Positions 40,621-54,277 of a DNA stretch of 64,000 bases are shown here, in pieces; the first letter of the stretch is position 1, and the number at the start of each line of letters is the position of its first letter. This DNA is from Octopus sinensis. Its lineage: Eukaryota. Below the pieces are notes generated by a model. That model saw only the letters and a program-made list of their open reading frames with translations. It ran no database searches and had not been told where the DNA came from. The stretch spans positions 49,786,001 to 49,850,000 of the forward strand of contig NC_042998.1 in assembly GCF_006345805.1 (NCBI RefSeq), read 5' to 3'. The position numbers and the translations under genes are program-made.

Positions 40621-40999
40621 AAGTATATATGTATATATATATAGAGAGAGCGTCACATGTATGTATATGTGTGCTTGTATATATATATATATAAATATAT
40701 ATATACACATACACACATTTATATATATTGACATAAATACACTTACATTATACATTGAACTTGCCTACGCATAATTCTTGGATATTCACACGAACATTTT
40801 TACGCGCGAGGCACACACACGCACGCGTACACGCACGTAAATATATACATGACACATACATATATACATGTATATACACACAAATATATTTGTATATATA
40901 CACACACATATATTATATGATATGTAAGTACACATATGTATTCAGATACACATGTATGAATATGCTCATATATATATATATATATAATATATATATATA

Positions 41000-41035
<36 letters not shown>

Positions 41036-41149
41036 TTGTGTGTGTGTATACATTATGGAAATCTTCATTTCTCTACACATTTATATGTTATGTATATTAT
41101 GTATGTATATATCCATGTATTTTTTATATACATTATATACATACATAAG

Positions 41150-41181
<32 letters not shown>

Positions 41182-41574
41182 TGTATGTATATATATATAT
41201 ACGCATATATGTATGTATGTGTATACATATATATATATATGTATGCATGTGCGTGTGTGTGTTTGTGTTACTATATTTGGGAATCCAAATATGAATAAAA
41301 TTAGCAATCACTTTAAGGGAAATACCTCGAGGAAGTATTCTATACACTACATACAACAATAGCAAAGTCTCATATATTTAATATTGTTAGTTGAATATCT
41401 TTGATTAACTGAGATTATGCACGAAATTAATAGACAAAAGATCCTCTAGTATGATATTTTAAATATAAAACCAATAGCCAAGGGAAATCAGTCCGATAAA
41501 ATCATTTATTTTGGTATTTGTGGGAGCAACTGCATTCGAAGACTCAAATTGTCGTTCAATGCTCGAAATGAGGA

Positions 41575-42110
41575 GTAGATAGACAGCCGACAACTGGTGA
41601 AGGGTCGTTCTTTATGTTGCTTGTTCTGTTTTCCAATTGTTACTCTCGTTGTTTGCGTATTCAACTCATTTGTTTTCGTATTTGATGTTGTTTACTGTTT
41701 GTGACATCCTGTAACCATATATGCATAAGTGACGGGACATAAACACACCAGCATCGGTTGTCAAGCAATGCTAGGGGGACAAACACAAACACGCACGCAC
41801 ACATATATACATATATATATATACATATATACGACGGGCTTCTTTCAGTTTCCGTCTACAAAATCCACTCACAAGGCTTTGGTTGGCCCGAGGCTATAGT
41901 AGAAGACACTTGCCCAAGGACAACGGATTGTTCTTTATGTTGCCTGTCTCGTTTCTCTATTTGTTTCTTTCGTTGTCCGAAAACAAGATTCGTTTTCCAT
42001 ATTTTTTTGTTTTTTATGTTCTCGTTTTTCATTTTGTTCACGTTTTTTTACGTTCTGTACACATATATGCATGTATATATACATATATATGTAGGTATGT
42101 ACATATCTGT
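41575..42110 (+). repeat. Two copies of an unclassified ~150-200 bp T-rich repeat flanking a partial type C SINE (41727-41920, minus)
   Basis: Shared GGACAA/GTTCTTTATGTTGC.. motif; a third copy lies on the minus strand at ~47200-47420. Confidence 0.65.
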
Positions 42111-42115
42111 ATGTA

Positions 42116-42234
<119 letters not shown>

Positions 42235-42599
42235 ATGCCTATATACAGTCCTTCCCACAAAGCAAATTAAATAAAATTTGGGATTTTTGCGGAGGGTTAA
42301 AGTGGCAACAAAAACAGGAGAATAAAAACAAAGCAGTAAAAACAAGCGGTGAGAGCTGTTAAGCCATAACGAGTTGAAGTGGTGAACGCTGGAGAAAGGA
42401 GCTGTGACTCGAGAAATTTCAAAAGACCACTAGTTTGTCCTGCCCACCATTACTAAGATCAGATAAGCTCACATATCGATATTATTAGCTAAAAAGAAAA
42501 CGCAAGAAATTGAAAACTAAAAGTATTGCAATGATGTCTCTTTATCATAACTGGAACAGATTTTTTCGAAGTTCAATGTAAACAAATGTTGAAGAGAAA

Positions 42600-42930
42600 C
42601 CTAAAGAACGCAGTATGATACCACAGCAACTATCTCTTTCACACTGGGATTGTCCAAATTAGTCATTAATACCATCATATAGGTAAACGTATCAGGCAGG
42701 AGGAAAGCGAAAATTAACGAGCACGGGAAGCAATAGCATATGGTAACTTGATCGATAATCCTATAAACACACAAGCAGCACTCCAGAGTAGCAAGAGACT
42801 GACACAACCAAAATAAAATTTATATAGAGCTGAGCTTCCATAACATCTAGCTCTGATGAGCGCAGGGTTACATAATCGGACAGTTACCTAACGCTCCGTC
42901 AAACCCCTGGGGCAAAACCGATTGGTAAGA
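42600..42930 (+). mobile_element. Possible decayed Penelope-like 3' end with a degenerate hammerhead-like motif
   Basis: REAIAY...IN motif resembling the R..EA..I...IN pattern; CTGATGA at ~42853 and a later CC-GATT-GG-TA stem III-like segment. Confidence 0.3.
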
Positions 42931-43082
42931 TCAGCCGTAGTGGAGATATAATACTATACACTTCGATTGATATACATACATACATAAATACATATGCAAA
43001 TAAACAAATAAAACCGCTTGGTTTAGATATACAAAATATAGGTGTATATATACATGTAAAGCAAGGATTGCTTTACATGTTG

Positions 43083-43295
43083 AATCCAAATTTCGGCTGA
43101 AGGCCAGCAATTTCGGGGGCGAGGGCTAGTCAATTACGTCGATCCCGGTGTTCAACTGATACTTATTTTATCGACCCATAAAGGATGAAAGGTAAAGTCG
43201 ACCTCGGCAGAATTTGTACTCAAAACGTTAAAACGGACGAATTGTCGCCAAGTGTTTTACCCGGCGTGCGAACGATTCTCCCAGCTCGCCGCCTT
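43083..43295 (-). mobile_element. Type M SINE
   Basis: Reverse-complement head, core and tail. Confidence 0.87.
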
Positions 43296-43442
43296 AAAGA
43301 CCGAAAATATTGAGACGATGAATATTCATGTATAAATATATAGATATTTATATATTAGCAGGGCAAACTTCACAGGATAGGAAAACAAAGGGGAGAAGGT
43401 ATGGTGTTATCTATCTATCTATAATCTATATATATATATATA

Positions 43443-43548
<106 letters not shown>

Positions 43549-43549
43549 C

Positions 43550-43626
<77 letters not shown>

Positions 43627-44135
43627 TTGTAAACACGCAAGACAGAATTAAACAAACACATTTTATTGCATAATACTACAATTGTTTTATCTTCCTTTTA
43701 CTTGCATCATCATCAAAATATAATATAGCAACGCGAACGTTTTGAGTTAATACCTGGGGAGTCTTCATGTGCCAATGTTGTTGAAATAATAATGATGGAA
43801 TGTAATGAATTTAATGTATTTATTATTTAATATTTCAGTAATTATCTACTGTTTGAATGAAGCTGAAACAGTTATAGTATTATGCAATAAAGCGTGGTTG
43901 CTGAATGCATTCTGTCCGGTTAAGAATTTTTTTAAATATTACTCTTCGGATATTCATGGATTTTCAGATGTATTTTCATTAACACGATCGGTTTTCGTTC
44001 TGAAACCGCACCTCATAATCAATACTTGTGGATTAGCCTTAGAAAGCAAACTACAAGGTTCTTATCCAAATTGAATTGAATCACACACACATATGCACGC
44101 ACACACACACACACACAGACACACACACACACACA

Positions 44136-44184
<49 letters not shown>

Positions 44185-44804
44185 CATACACACACATGAA
44201 TGTATGTCTGAATGTGTGTGCGTGCGTGAGTGTCTGTTTATATATAGATGCATGCGTGAAATCTCAATCAAATGAAATGGAATTATTTGGGGATCAAACC
44301 TGGCAATATTTACATTTATAAGATTGCATATAGACTTATATGTATATGGATAAAAGAATAATAATTTAAATCAAAAGGAGAAAATAAAATGAGTTTACTA
44401 TTTTCATTTAATTACAGAATGTATATAAATCAATAAATACATATTCCACTTAATTTGGCAGTCATCTTAATGAAATACGCAAAAGGGAAGAAGAAAAATA
44501 TATATATTAATATCGAAAGATGAACTCTCAAATAATTAACGTATTAACATATTTTGGCCGATCCCTGAGGCGTCAGGGAATATTTTGATATTTATCTGAA
44601 AAATTGGATGAATGACAGATTGTGCACTACGCCGAATGAAATGAAATTGCTTTGATGTTGGTGTTAGTGCTGTGCTTTAATGCCATATGAAATCTTATTG
44701 CACAGGACTATAATTGAAGACAGTCCAACCGTGACTATCCCATGTTATGTATCTAGGATTATATGATTTAATATATTATTATTCGTTTTATTATTATTAT
44801 TATT

Positions 44805-45249
44805 GTTGAGTGAGAGAGCAGTGCATGCCATCAAAGTGACACTGGGGTAAAATATACGAAGCCCAGTATACCCATCATGACTACCCGTCTGATAAGGGTA
44901 CACCAGGCACATGCATCACAACCATATATGCGCGACATGGTGATCTCATAACAAGATAAACAGCGCATGACCTTGCGGGTGGGGCCCAGTTAGAATTTTC
45001 TTCTGGTTGGGTAACCCATCCCACTCGAAAGGTCCCTGATTAAGGGTTGTTTAAGGATGTTGAATGAAACACCCATGTTTCCAGAGGTGAATCAAAGAAT
45101 CCCTCTCAACACATGGCTATGATGCTCCCCCACTACTTCTAATCGTGATCAGAGATGCATATATCGTCAGCCACTAAGAGACATGCTCAACTGGTTACGG
45201 TCAAACAACTGACAAGCAAATCTGTGGTATTGAGCAGAATATTTGCTGT
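44805..45249 (-). mobile_element. ~445-bp interspersed element embedded in (TAA)n at both ends; no tRNA head seen
   Basis: Complex sequence with sharp boundaries. The minus strand ends ...CTCTCTCACTCAACAATAATAAT and starts right after AATAATAAT. Confidence 0.6.
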
Positions 45250-45258
45250 ATTATTATT

Positions 45259-45289
<31 letters not shown>

Positions 45290-45324
45290 CCACCACCACC
45301 ACCACCACCACCACCACCACCACC

Positions 45325-45358
<34 letters not shown>

Positions 45359-45444
45359 TTATCATTATCATATAATAATAATAATAATAATAATAATTAT
45401 AATTATTGTTGTTGTTGTTGTTGTTGTTATTATTATTATTATTA

Positions 45445-45498
<54 letters not shown>

Positions 45499-47582
45499 AC
45501 AGCGGGATGCTGTTTGACTGAGATTCGAATGCAGGTGACTTTGTTACTGATTGAACGACTTCAGAGAAGTAGAGAGGCACCTTCGTCGGCTCGAAATAGT
45601 TTGTTATTAGTTTTGACTAATAACAAAGCTTAAAAGTCAATATATTTGACGTAGCCATGGATTATTCTGTGGTCAATGAAATAAGTACCAGTGGTATACT
45701 TCTTGACCGACTTATAACCTTTCCTTAGAAGTATGCGCTGATGTGAATAATCAATTTCCATTAGGAACACGCTCTGGCCAAAACCAGTATATTTGCTGAA
45801 AATATACAGGACACTGCTTCTTAAGTATATTATGTGTTAATTTATTTATAGTTAGATTATGTAAAAGTGCATCTCTTTGTCGAAATTACAAATTTAGAAT
45901 ATAATTTAACTTGTATGACTTATTTGAATTGATTTTTGTTTTATCTTCCTTTGGGAAAAATTGTGTCAGGAAATCACTCGAGCCACGTGACCGCTTTGAC
46001 AGGAACTTCTTACTTCAGTTAATTTTTGATAGCTTTGTAAATGTTATGCTACTGAATGGTTTTATTTTCAGACAGTCGTTAATGTTTGAAATGCAACCGA
46101 AAGAAAGCTTCACAGAACCGAAGCAAAGAAAAATAGAAGGGCCATGACTTTGAAGTCATATTTACTATGTATATACAGTGCGTCGGCTTTCACATTGTCG
46201 CAGATCGTTAAACACGACACAAAACGCAGACAGTTCTGCGGAGGTGATTTTCGCCAATATAGGAAATAAATCCGAAAAAGTCATTGGACCACACCAAGCG
46301 ACATTGTTTTCGACCACTCTGAAATATTAGGATTGATATTACTTTGAAAATCGAAGTCAATACCGGATATTTCCCCATGATAAAAATAACTTATTTATCA
46401 ACTTGAATATGAACTTAGTTCTTCAATATTTTTAGTCATTACTGTTCTTGCTTTTATATTTACACTTCTAACTACAAATAGGTCCGTTGTGTCTAGTAAT
46501 TCAATATTTTTAATGCTCTTCTATTCTCTACTCCCTATCAACTTTTCATGAACAAACAGAAGCAGAAAACGAATCTCATAAGAGTTACAAAACGTGTTTG
46601 TTTTGCATTTAAAACTAATCTAATCAATCAAAATTTTGAATTTATTTCCTCTACACTGTTATATAGACTTGAAGCTTGTCTTTTCAGCCACAAGCATTTC
46701 CAACCAACCGAGAAGGAGTAATAAAGTACATTCACAGTGTTGGTTTTTGGGTTGTTATTTCTAGCAACAAGGTTACTAGAAATAGCAACTAAAACGTTCT
46801 CATCAATATCCAACTTAAAATAAAAACATCATTTGATAATATAGTGCAAACTGCATTAAGCGTCAACGCTTACATAGTCTACTCCATCTGGGCTTACGTC
46901 TGACTAAGCAACAAAAATATTACTGCGTAAGATAATTATCGAAACTGTTGGTATCGTCTAAGAGTGAAGTTCAGAATATTGAAGCTTCAATCGCTGTCTT
47001 AAAGTTACAATTGGAAAGCCACGTTTTCTGACGGTATGACTCCAGGCTGCAGACCACTGTTTACATAGGAATGGTGCAACTAGATGAAAGAAAGCATATA
47101 TATATATATACTTATATATAGGTAAAACTTACTTGGAAAAGGATGCGTGGCGTAGGATCATATAAATAATATATAAATAATATATAAATATATGCATATA
47201 TACATACATATATGTACATACCTACATATATATCTATATATACATGCATATATGTGTACAAGACATCAAAAAACATTGAACACAATGAGAAACGAAAACA
47301 TAAAAACAAAAACATAGAAGACGGACTTTTTTCCGAACAACGAAAAAAACAGAGAAATGAGATATGCAAGATAAAGAATATTCCCCTTCATCACTTGTCC
47401 CTGTTTCATCTACTCCGCGTATGTATGTATATATATATATACACATACATATACATATATATAAACACAAACATATATATTTATATATATAGATACTTAC
47501 ATATATATATATATACATATATATATACACATATATATACCACACACACACATATATATTCATATATATATTTACACACACA

Positions 47583-47680
47583 GTAGGTGAATTACCCGGT
47601 GTTGCCCGGGTTAGTGCTGTTCTTATACATATACATACATACACACACACGCACACACAGACACAGACACAGACACACAG

Positions 47681-47712
<32 letters not shown>

Positions 47713-47761
47713 AAAACAAAGTTATTCTATTCCACACAGGTAGAAATATAGGTAAAATAGA
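47583..47761 (-). mobile_element. Short decayed non-autonomous Helitron
   Basis: CCCGG-GCAACA-CCGGG hairpin followed by a CTAC (from CTAG) end; TC 5' start at 47761. Confidence 0.6.
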
Positions 47762-48381
47762 AGTTGAAAATGCACTGAGAATAGTTAAAATATTTTTTAT
47801 TAATATATTTGAAGCTTTAACCGGTTTCACAGTTTACACTGATTTTCAAGAAGTTCAAACAGAAAGACGTGGCTTATGTCGCAGCTGTCTAAATTTTAGT
47901 CATTGGACTACATGCAAATGACTCCTGTCTATTCTCCCACCAGATAAATTAAATTTGGAGTGCCTTGATTATAACTAAACATGTTCACTCAATCGTGTCG
48001 GCCTTTGTTTTTAGGCGCAAAATATGCTGTCACGTGACACTAACGCATGGACATAGCGGAAAACGTACAAAAGGTTATAAACTTAATTCTGTGTCTTTCT
48101 CGTCAAACACTTGGCAGAAAACATTCAGAGCATTGATTGTTTGAGCCTTAACTTACGACGCCAAACATTGTCACTTGATAATAACACACGGACGTAGCGG
48201 GGAACCTACAAAAATTTCTAAGGCCAGTCATGTGACTATCCTCTATCGATAAAATCCTATTCAAAACATATACTAGTTTGAACCCTATAAAACAGGGCAA
48301 ACTTCAAACAAACTTTTTGAAACCGGTTAAAGCTTCAAATATATTAATAAAATATTTTAACTATTCTCAGAGCATTTTCAA

Positions 48382-48385
<4 letters not shown>
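47762..48385. mobile_element. Element with ~67-bp inverted arms carrying hammerhead remnants (Penelope pseudo-LTR-like)
   Basis: Arms 47762-47829 and 48318-48383. The left copy (minus) reads TTGAAAA-TCAGT-GTAA-ACTGT-GAAA-CCGG-TT. Confidence 0.6.
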
Positions 48386-48424
<39 letters not shown>

Positions 48425-49038
48425 TATATATGAGTTGAAAATGCTCTGAGAATAATCCGTCTGTCCGAAGGATTATTTTCAAAAAATAGAAATATTAATA
48501 ATTCTAAGTCTCTCTAAAGGCAGCATTCGTCCTATTTTTCTGAACCTCCATGTTAGTTTGGTAATAACTACTAATATCCAGTACCACTGCCGTAGTCTCC
48601 TTTAGAGAGACTTAGAAATAGTAATATTTCTATTTTCGAAATGGAGAATGTTGTAAAGATTATAAAATTTGCACCCTTAAACGATCTTTTGCTGGTTCTA
48701 ATTCTTTGAGAAAGGAGTATTGCCAAATGGACCATGACTGGAACTGAAATGACTTTGTAAGGAGGATTTTAAAGGAAATTATCAGCACATTATTAAAAAA
48801 TTCTCAAAGAGAGAAAAAGGAAGACATGGCAAAATCTCTGGGGTCATATTTTAGAAGACTGACAAATACACCAAGTCTGGTCTATCATTGATAGAAGGCA
48901 ATTAGAGTCGTCCATGCGTTCAGCACCAGTGCCAAACGCGAACAACCCATTGGCGCTCTGATAATTGTTTCAACGGATTCGACTCCGATTGACTTGGTGA
49001 GTACGCAATTTATTTATCGTATTATTTATTCATTCACA

Positions 49039-49090
<52 letters not shown>

Positions 49091-49494
49091 ACACACCACA
49101 CACACACACACACAAACACACACAGATGCGTATATAGAAACATATATAGATACATACGCATAAATACAAACACACATGCACACACACGTATGTATATAAA
49201 ACATCTTTTGAGTAAATTCTTTTATTTCACTTTCTAATTTTAAACAGTGTAGTCAGGAGTTTGACATCGCACTCAAGATTCTAGACGCCTAAATACGTAT
49301 TTCTAATTGGAACGTCATGATTCTTCTTTTTTCTTCACCAGAAAATGTAACGGAAATAGATAAAATATGCATCTAAATTTTAATTTTAATTATTATTGCT
49401 TCCAATTGAACGAGCAAGAAATAGACTTTTCTCTCCCCCTCACCAAAGTGTGCAGATGAACTAATTAATTACACACACACGCACATATTTTTCT

Positions 49495-49903
49495 TTCTTT
49501 ATTACTCACAAGTGGCTAAACACAGAGGGGACAAACAAGGACAGACAAAGTGGTTAAGTCAATTACATTGACCCAGTGCGTAACTGGTAATTATTTAATC
49601 GACCCTGAAAGGATGAAAGCAAAGTCGACCTCGGCGGAATATGAACTCAGAAAGTAATGGCAGACGAAATACCGATTTCTTTATTACCCACAAGGGGCTA
49701 AACACAGAGAGGATAAACAAGGACAGACAAACGGATTAAGTCGATTATATCGACTCCAGTGCGTAACTGCTACTTATTTAATCGACTCCGAAATGATGAA
49801 AGGCAAAGTCGACCTCGGCGGAATTTCAACGCAGAACGTAGCGGCAGACGAAATACGGCTACGTATTTCGCCCGTGTGCTAACGTTTCTGCCAGCTCGCC
49901 GCC
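49495..49903 (-). mobile_element. Type M SINE, dimeric
   Basis: Two core units on the minus strand, same layout as 382-775. Confidence 0.9.
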
Positions 49904-50178
49904 TTTTTCAGCTTCATTCAGCACTGCTGCTTGTTGAGTGCCAAAATCTTGGTACCAAAAATGTTGAAATTTACATTTGAAAACCTATATTAATAGATTG
50001 ATATTAATAGATCCTATCATTTCACGAGAGAAATATCTTTAAGATGCTGAATTTAATTGCAAGGAAGCAGTTTCGAAAATAAAAATCTAAAGTAAATGGA
50101 CGAAGGCTTACATTACAGCAGAACTTAGGGATAATGGGAAAAATAAATTTTTAGCATGATTACAGATGCTAGAAATTA

Positions 50179-50410
50179 GGACAGTGAACTGGCCGAACCT
50201 TTAGCATGCCGGGCAAAATGCTTAGTGGTATTTCTTTCGGCTCTTGACACATTTTGAGCTCAAAAGTCGTCGAAGTCGACTTTGCCTTTCATCCTTCCAG
50301 GATCGATAAAGTAAGTACCTGTTGAACACTGGGGTCGATGTAATCGACTTACACCTTTCCGCTCCCCCGAACTTGTTGACCTTGTGCCAAAGTTTGAAAT
50401 CAACGTTGCT
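50179..50410 (+). mobile_element. Type M SINE (diverged)
   Basis: Head, core and tail. Confidence 0.8.
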
Positions 50411-50932
50411 ATCTGACAATTAGTTATCTACCATGAATATCAGAAGATATGTGCTAAAAATATTTGAACCGTTTTCTAAACGTTGCATAGAAAACATCGG
50501 AACGGAGATATTTCATTTCAACAGCAGCGCCAGTTTTCTACCTTGCTCACTGCTCTTATAACGGAAAATGCTCCATTAAGCGCTAGCATACAGAGCTAAA
50601 ATAACATCCACAGATGCTATCGAAAAAAATAAAAAAGATAGGGCTTTAACACAAAAAAAAAAAAACATTTAAAAGAATCCGAGCACAGCATAGAAACTCG
50701 TTCAAAACTAGAGATCAAGTAATTCAAAACCTCTATTCTTGTGCACCTGAGAAGTAAAGGAGCAAAATATTAAATAAGAGGCAAGAAATAATATCTAAAT
50801 GTAGACAAACGAATAAATATTTATTAAAAGCCAGCTTCCGAAAGCATGCGGACTAATTACACAGTTGCACGTATGCTGCCTTCAACAAAACCAATCATAG
50901 AAATCTAATTTCCACGCATCATATACCCATAT

Positions 50933-50963
<31 letters not shown>

Positions 50964-50971
50964 TATATATA

Positions 50972-51080
<109 letters not shown>

Positions 51081-51137
51081 CACATATACATACATACAAC
51101 ATACATACATACATACATACATACATACATACATACA

Positions 51138-51173
<36 letters not shown>

Positions 51174-51451
51174 TATCCGTGCAGTAAGGGAAATAATGTA
51201 AAGGTGAGTAATTATCAGAAACGTAGTACGATCGCTTTGTAATCTGATTGGTTAACCATTCAAGCTGCCAATCTAATTAACAATTTTCCCAAGTCCTTAT
51301 AATTATTAAAATAGTTTTTCATAATAGTAAGTCAAGAGCGTTTCAGAATATGATGATACACAGTGTTAGCTGTTCTGAAATTTATGAATACAGTAGGTAC
51401 CTATGCATGTATATATATATAATATATATATATATAAATTTATGTATATAT

Positions 51452-51507
<56 letters not shown>

Positions 51508-51510
<3 letters not shown>

Positions 51511-53097
51511 TTGCGGCCAAAATGTTAAGAACGCCATTGTTTTCGTCAGAAAAGTAGATATAAGTTTTTATCAAAGCTGTTTTATATTCTATAATTTTCA
51601 GACAATAAATACAATATTAATTGTTATTGTCTGAGATTTCGGTGTAATTTGAGTGGATAATACAAACGTTATGGATGATTTAGTGATTTACTGCAAAACC
51701 CATGGCGGCCAAAATGATCAGAACGGTTGAAAAATAACAAAATAATCAAAAATGACAGAGAATACTGGAATTATTTCATATTTAGTGTGAAGCCCTTTAG
51801 CTTCAATCACACTCTAACATCTTCGACTGCATGAGGAAATTAAATTTTTAATTTCTTGCTGGGTGATCTTATTCCATTCATCCTGAAGGGCATTCCATAA
51901 TTGCTCAGTTGTTTTAGGATTTCTGGCTTTCGAACGTTCTCCTAGAATATTCCACACATTTTCAATAGGATTGAGATCTGGGCTTTGAGCTGGCCAATCC
52001 ATAACAATAACCTTTTCATAGCCTTGTGACATGGGGCATTGTCCTGCATGAATATGGGTGGTCGCTTAGTTGAATTTCTCAGCACAAGCAAGACATGATC
52101 TTTTACAAGTTGTTTATAAATTCCTGCATTTAACTTTCCATGTAATCGCACCGAAGGACCCACACCATCTCCAGATATCATTCCCCAAACCATGACACTT
52201 CCTCACCGAATTTAACACTAGTCTTAAGGCATTTAAGTGACAATTTTTCACCTACTTTTCTACGAACGTATCTTTTCCCATCTGAGCCAATTAGCATAAA
52301 CTTAGATTCATCACTGAAATGCACCGTTTGCCATTTTTCTTGAGACCACAACACATGTTCGGTTGCAAAGGTAAGACGACACTTTTTATTCTTGGAGCTG
52401 ATCAGTGGCTTCACTGCAGGTGCTCTTGCTTGTAGGTCATGTTCAACTAAACAAGACACAGTTTTTCGAGATAAAGTTTTCTTCAATACAATGCTCATTT
52501 TCCGAGAAACAGCAGCAGCAGTTTTAAATTTGTCCTTTTTAACCAACTTTATCATAGCATGATCTTCTCTCTTGGTCGTTTTTCTTGGCCTACCTTTCTT
52601 GCTTCACACGAACCACAATCATTGTAGACCTTACGAATACCGTGTACAACAATTTTTGACTTGTTAACAATCTTTGCAATAGATCCAATACTTAAATTAT
52701 CCTTCCTTCGAAGCTTAATAATCTGCTGACGAATTGGTAACGGAGTAAGTGGCATTATATTAACAAAGTACACTGCAAATATTCTTACTAATGTTTAGTA
52801 AACGAACCGTCACGTAAACAAATTCAAAACATAAGAGTTCGCTGGTTAAATATACTAAAACACGGAGTAAAAGCAACCGTTCTGATCATTTTGGCTGCCA
52901 TGGGTTTTGCAGTAAATCACTAAATCTTTCATAACTTTTGTATTATCCTCTCAAATTACACCAAAATCTCAGGCAATAACAAATAATATTGTATTTATTG
53001 TCTGTGAAAATTATAGAATATAAAACAACTTTAATAAAAAATTATATCTACTTTTCTGACGAAAACAATGCCGTTCTGAAAATTTTGGCCGCAACTG
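51508..53097 (-). mobile_element. Full-length Tc1-family transposon (IR/DR type, ~220-bp TIRs, DD34E-like transposase with frameshifts)
   Basis: CAGTTGCGGCCAAAAT ends flanked by TA; inner direct repeat G(G/C)CAAAATGATCAGAACGG in each TIR; HFSDESKF, FMQDNAPCH and SPDLNPIENVW motifs over four broken ORFs (~52758-51770). Confidence 0.95.
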
Positions 53098-53112
53098 TAT
53101 ATATATGTATAT

Positions 53113-53196
<84 letters not shown>

Positions 53197-53415
53197 AAAT
53201 ATATATATATATATAATATATATATATATATAATATATATATATATATAATATATATATATATATTATATATATATATATAAGAAAATAGTAAAGTGTGA
53301 AAAAACGACAGAAGGCTTAAATGTTAAAAAAAATATATATTTGTGTCAAAATGTCTGGAGAATATTGGAAAAATTTTTTTCCTTTCCTTAAAATGACATA
53401 ATTTTAACATTTTTA

Positions 53416-53455
53416 AAGAAATTACCGGTTTCGCGTGTAGCTTTTCAAATTTCTT
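53416..53455 (-). ncRNA. Minimal type I hammerhead ribozyme, U3-A8 core variant
   Basis: AAGAAAT-TTGAAAA-GC(TACAC)GC-GAAA-CCGG-TA-ATTTCTT: perfect 7-bp stem I, G-C-closed stem II, palindromic ACCGGT stem III. Confidence 0.75.
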
Positions 53456-53655
53456 GTGACGTTATGTTTATATTGCATGGAGTTATCGTTGTATTTATTT
53501 TCAGGAGATTTCTAAATAAGGGGAGGTAGTGAGTGATTTCTTCCGGTGTAAGGGAGATAATCGCTTAAAATTTTTTTTCCTTTTCCCTTGTTCATTTCTC
53601 TGTGTCAGTATGTTCGGATGGTTTTTCCCTTTCCCTTGTTAATTTCTCTGTGTCA

Positions 53656-53711
<56 letters not shown>

Positions 53712-53749
53712 AAATATATATATATATATAATATATATAATATATGTAA

Positions 53750-53813
<64 letters not shown>

Positions 53814-53870
53814 ATATATATATACATATATATACATATATATATACTTACATATACATATATATATATA

Positions 53871-54256
53871 AGGAAGCACTCCGTCGGTTACGACGACGAG
53901 GGTTCCGGTCGATCCGAATCAACGGAACAGCCTGCTCGTGAAATTAACGTGTACGTGGCTGAGCACTCCACAGACACGTGTACCCTTAACGTAGTTCTCG
54001 GGGATATTCAGCGTGACACAGAGAGTGACAAGGCCGGCCCTTTGAAATACAGGTACAACAGAAACAGGAAGTAAGAGTGAGAGAAAGTTGTGGTGAAAGA
54101 GTACAGCAGGGATCACCACCATCCCCTGCCGGAGCCCCGTGGAGCTTTTAGGTGTTTTCGCTCAATAAACACTCACAATGCCCGGTCTGAGAATCGAAAC
54201 CGCGATCCTATGACCGCGAGTCCGCTGCCCTAACCACTGGGCCATTGCGCCTCCAC
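53871..54256 (-). mobile_element. tRNA(Arg-like)-headed SINE, third family
   Basis: Head GGCGCAATGGCCCAGTGGTTAGGGCAGCGGACTCGCGG...GTTTCGATTC followed by an unrelated body; sits in (TA)n. Confidence 0.85.
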
Positions 54257-54277
54257 ATATATATATATATATATATA

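Noticed and set aside
46144-46270. MTLKSY...FCGGDFRQ as a signal-peptide exon or PIF1/Helitron helicase motif
   Set aside because: The ORF is short, flanking helicase motifs do not align, and no in-phase downstream exon was found.
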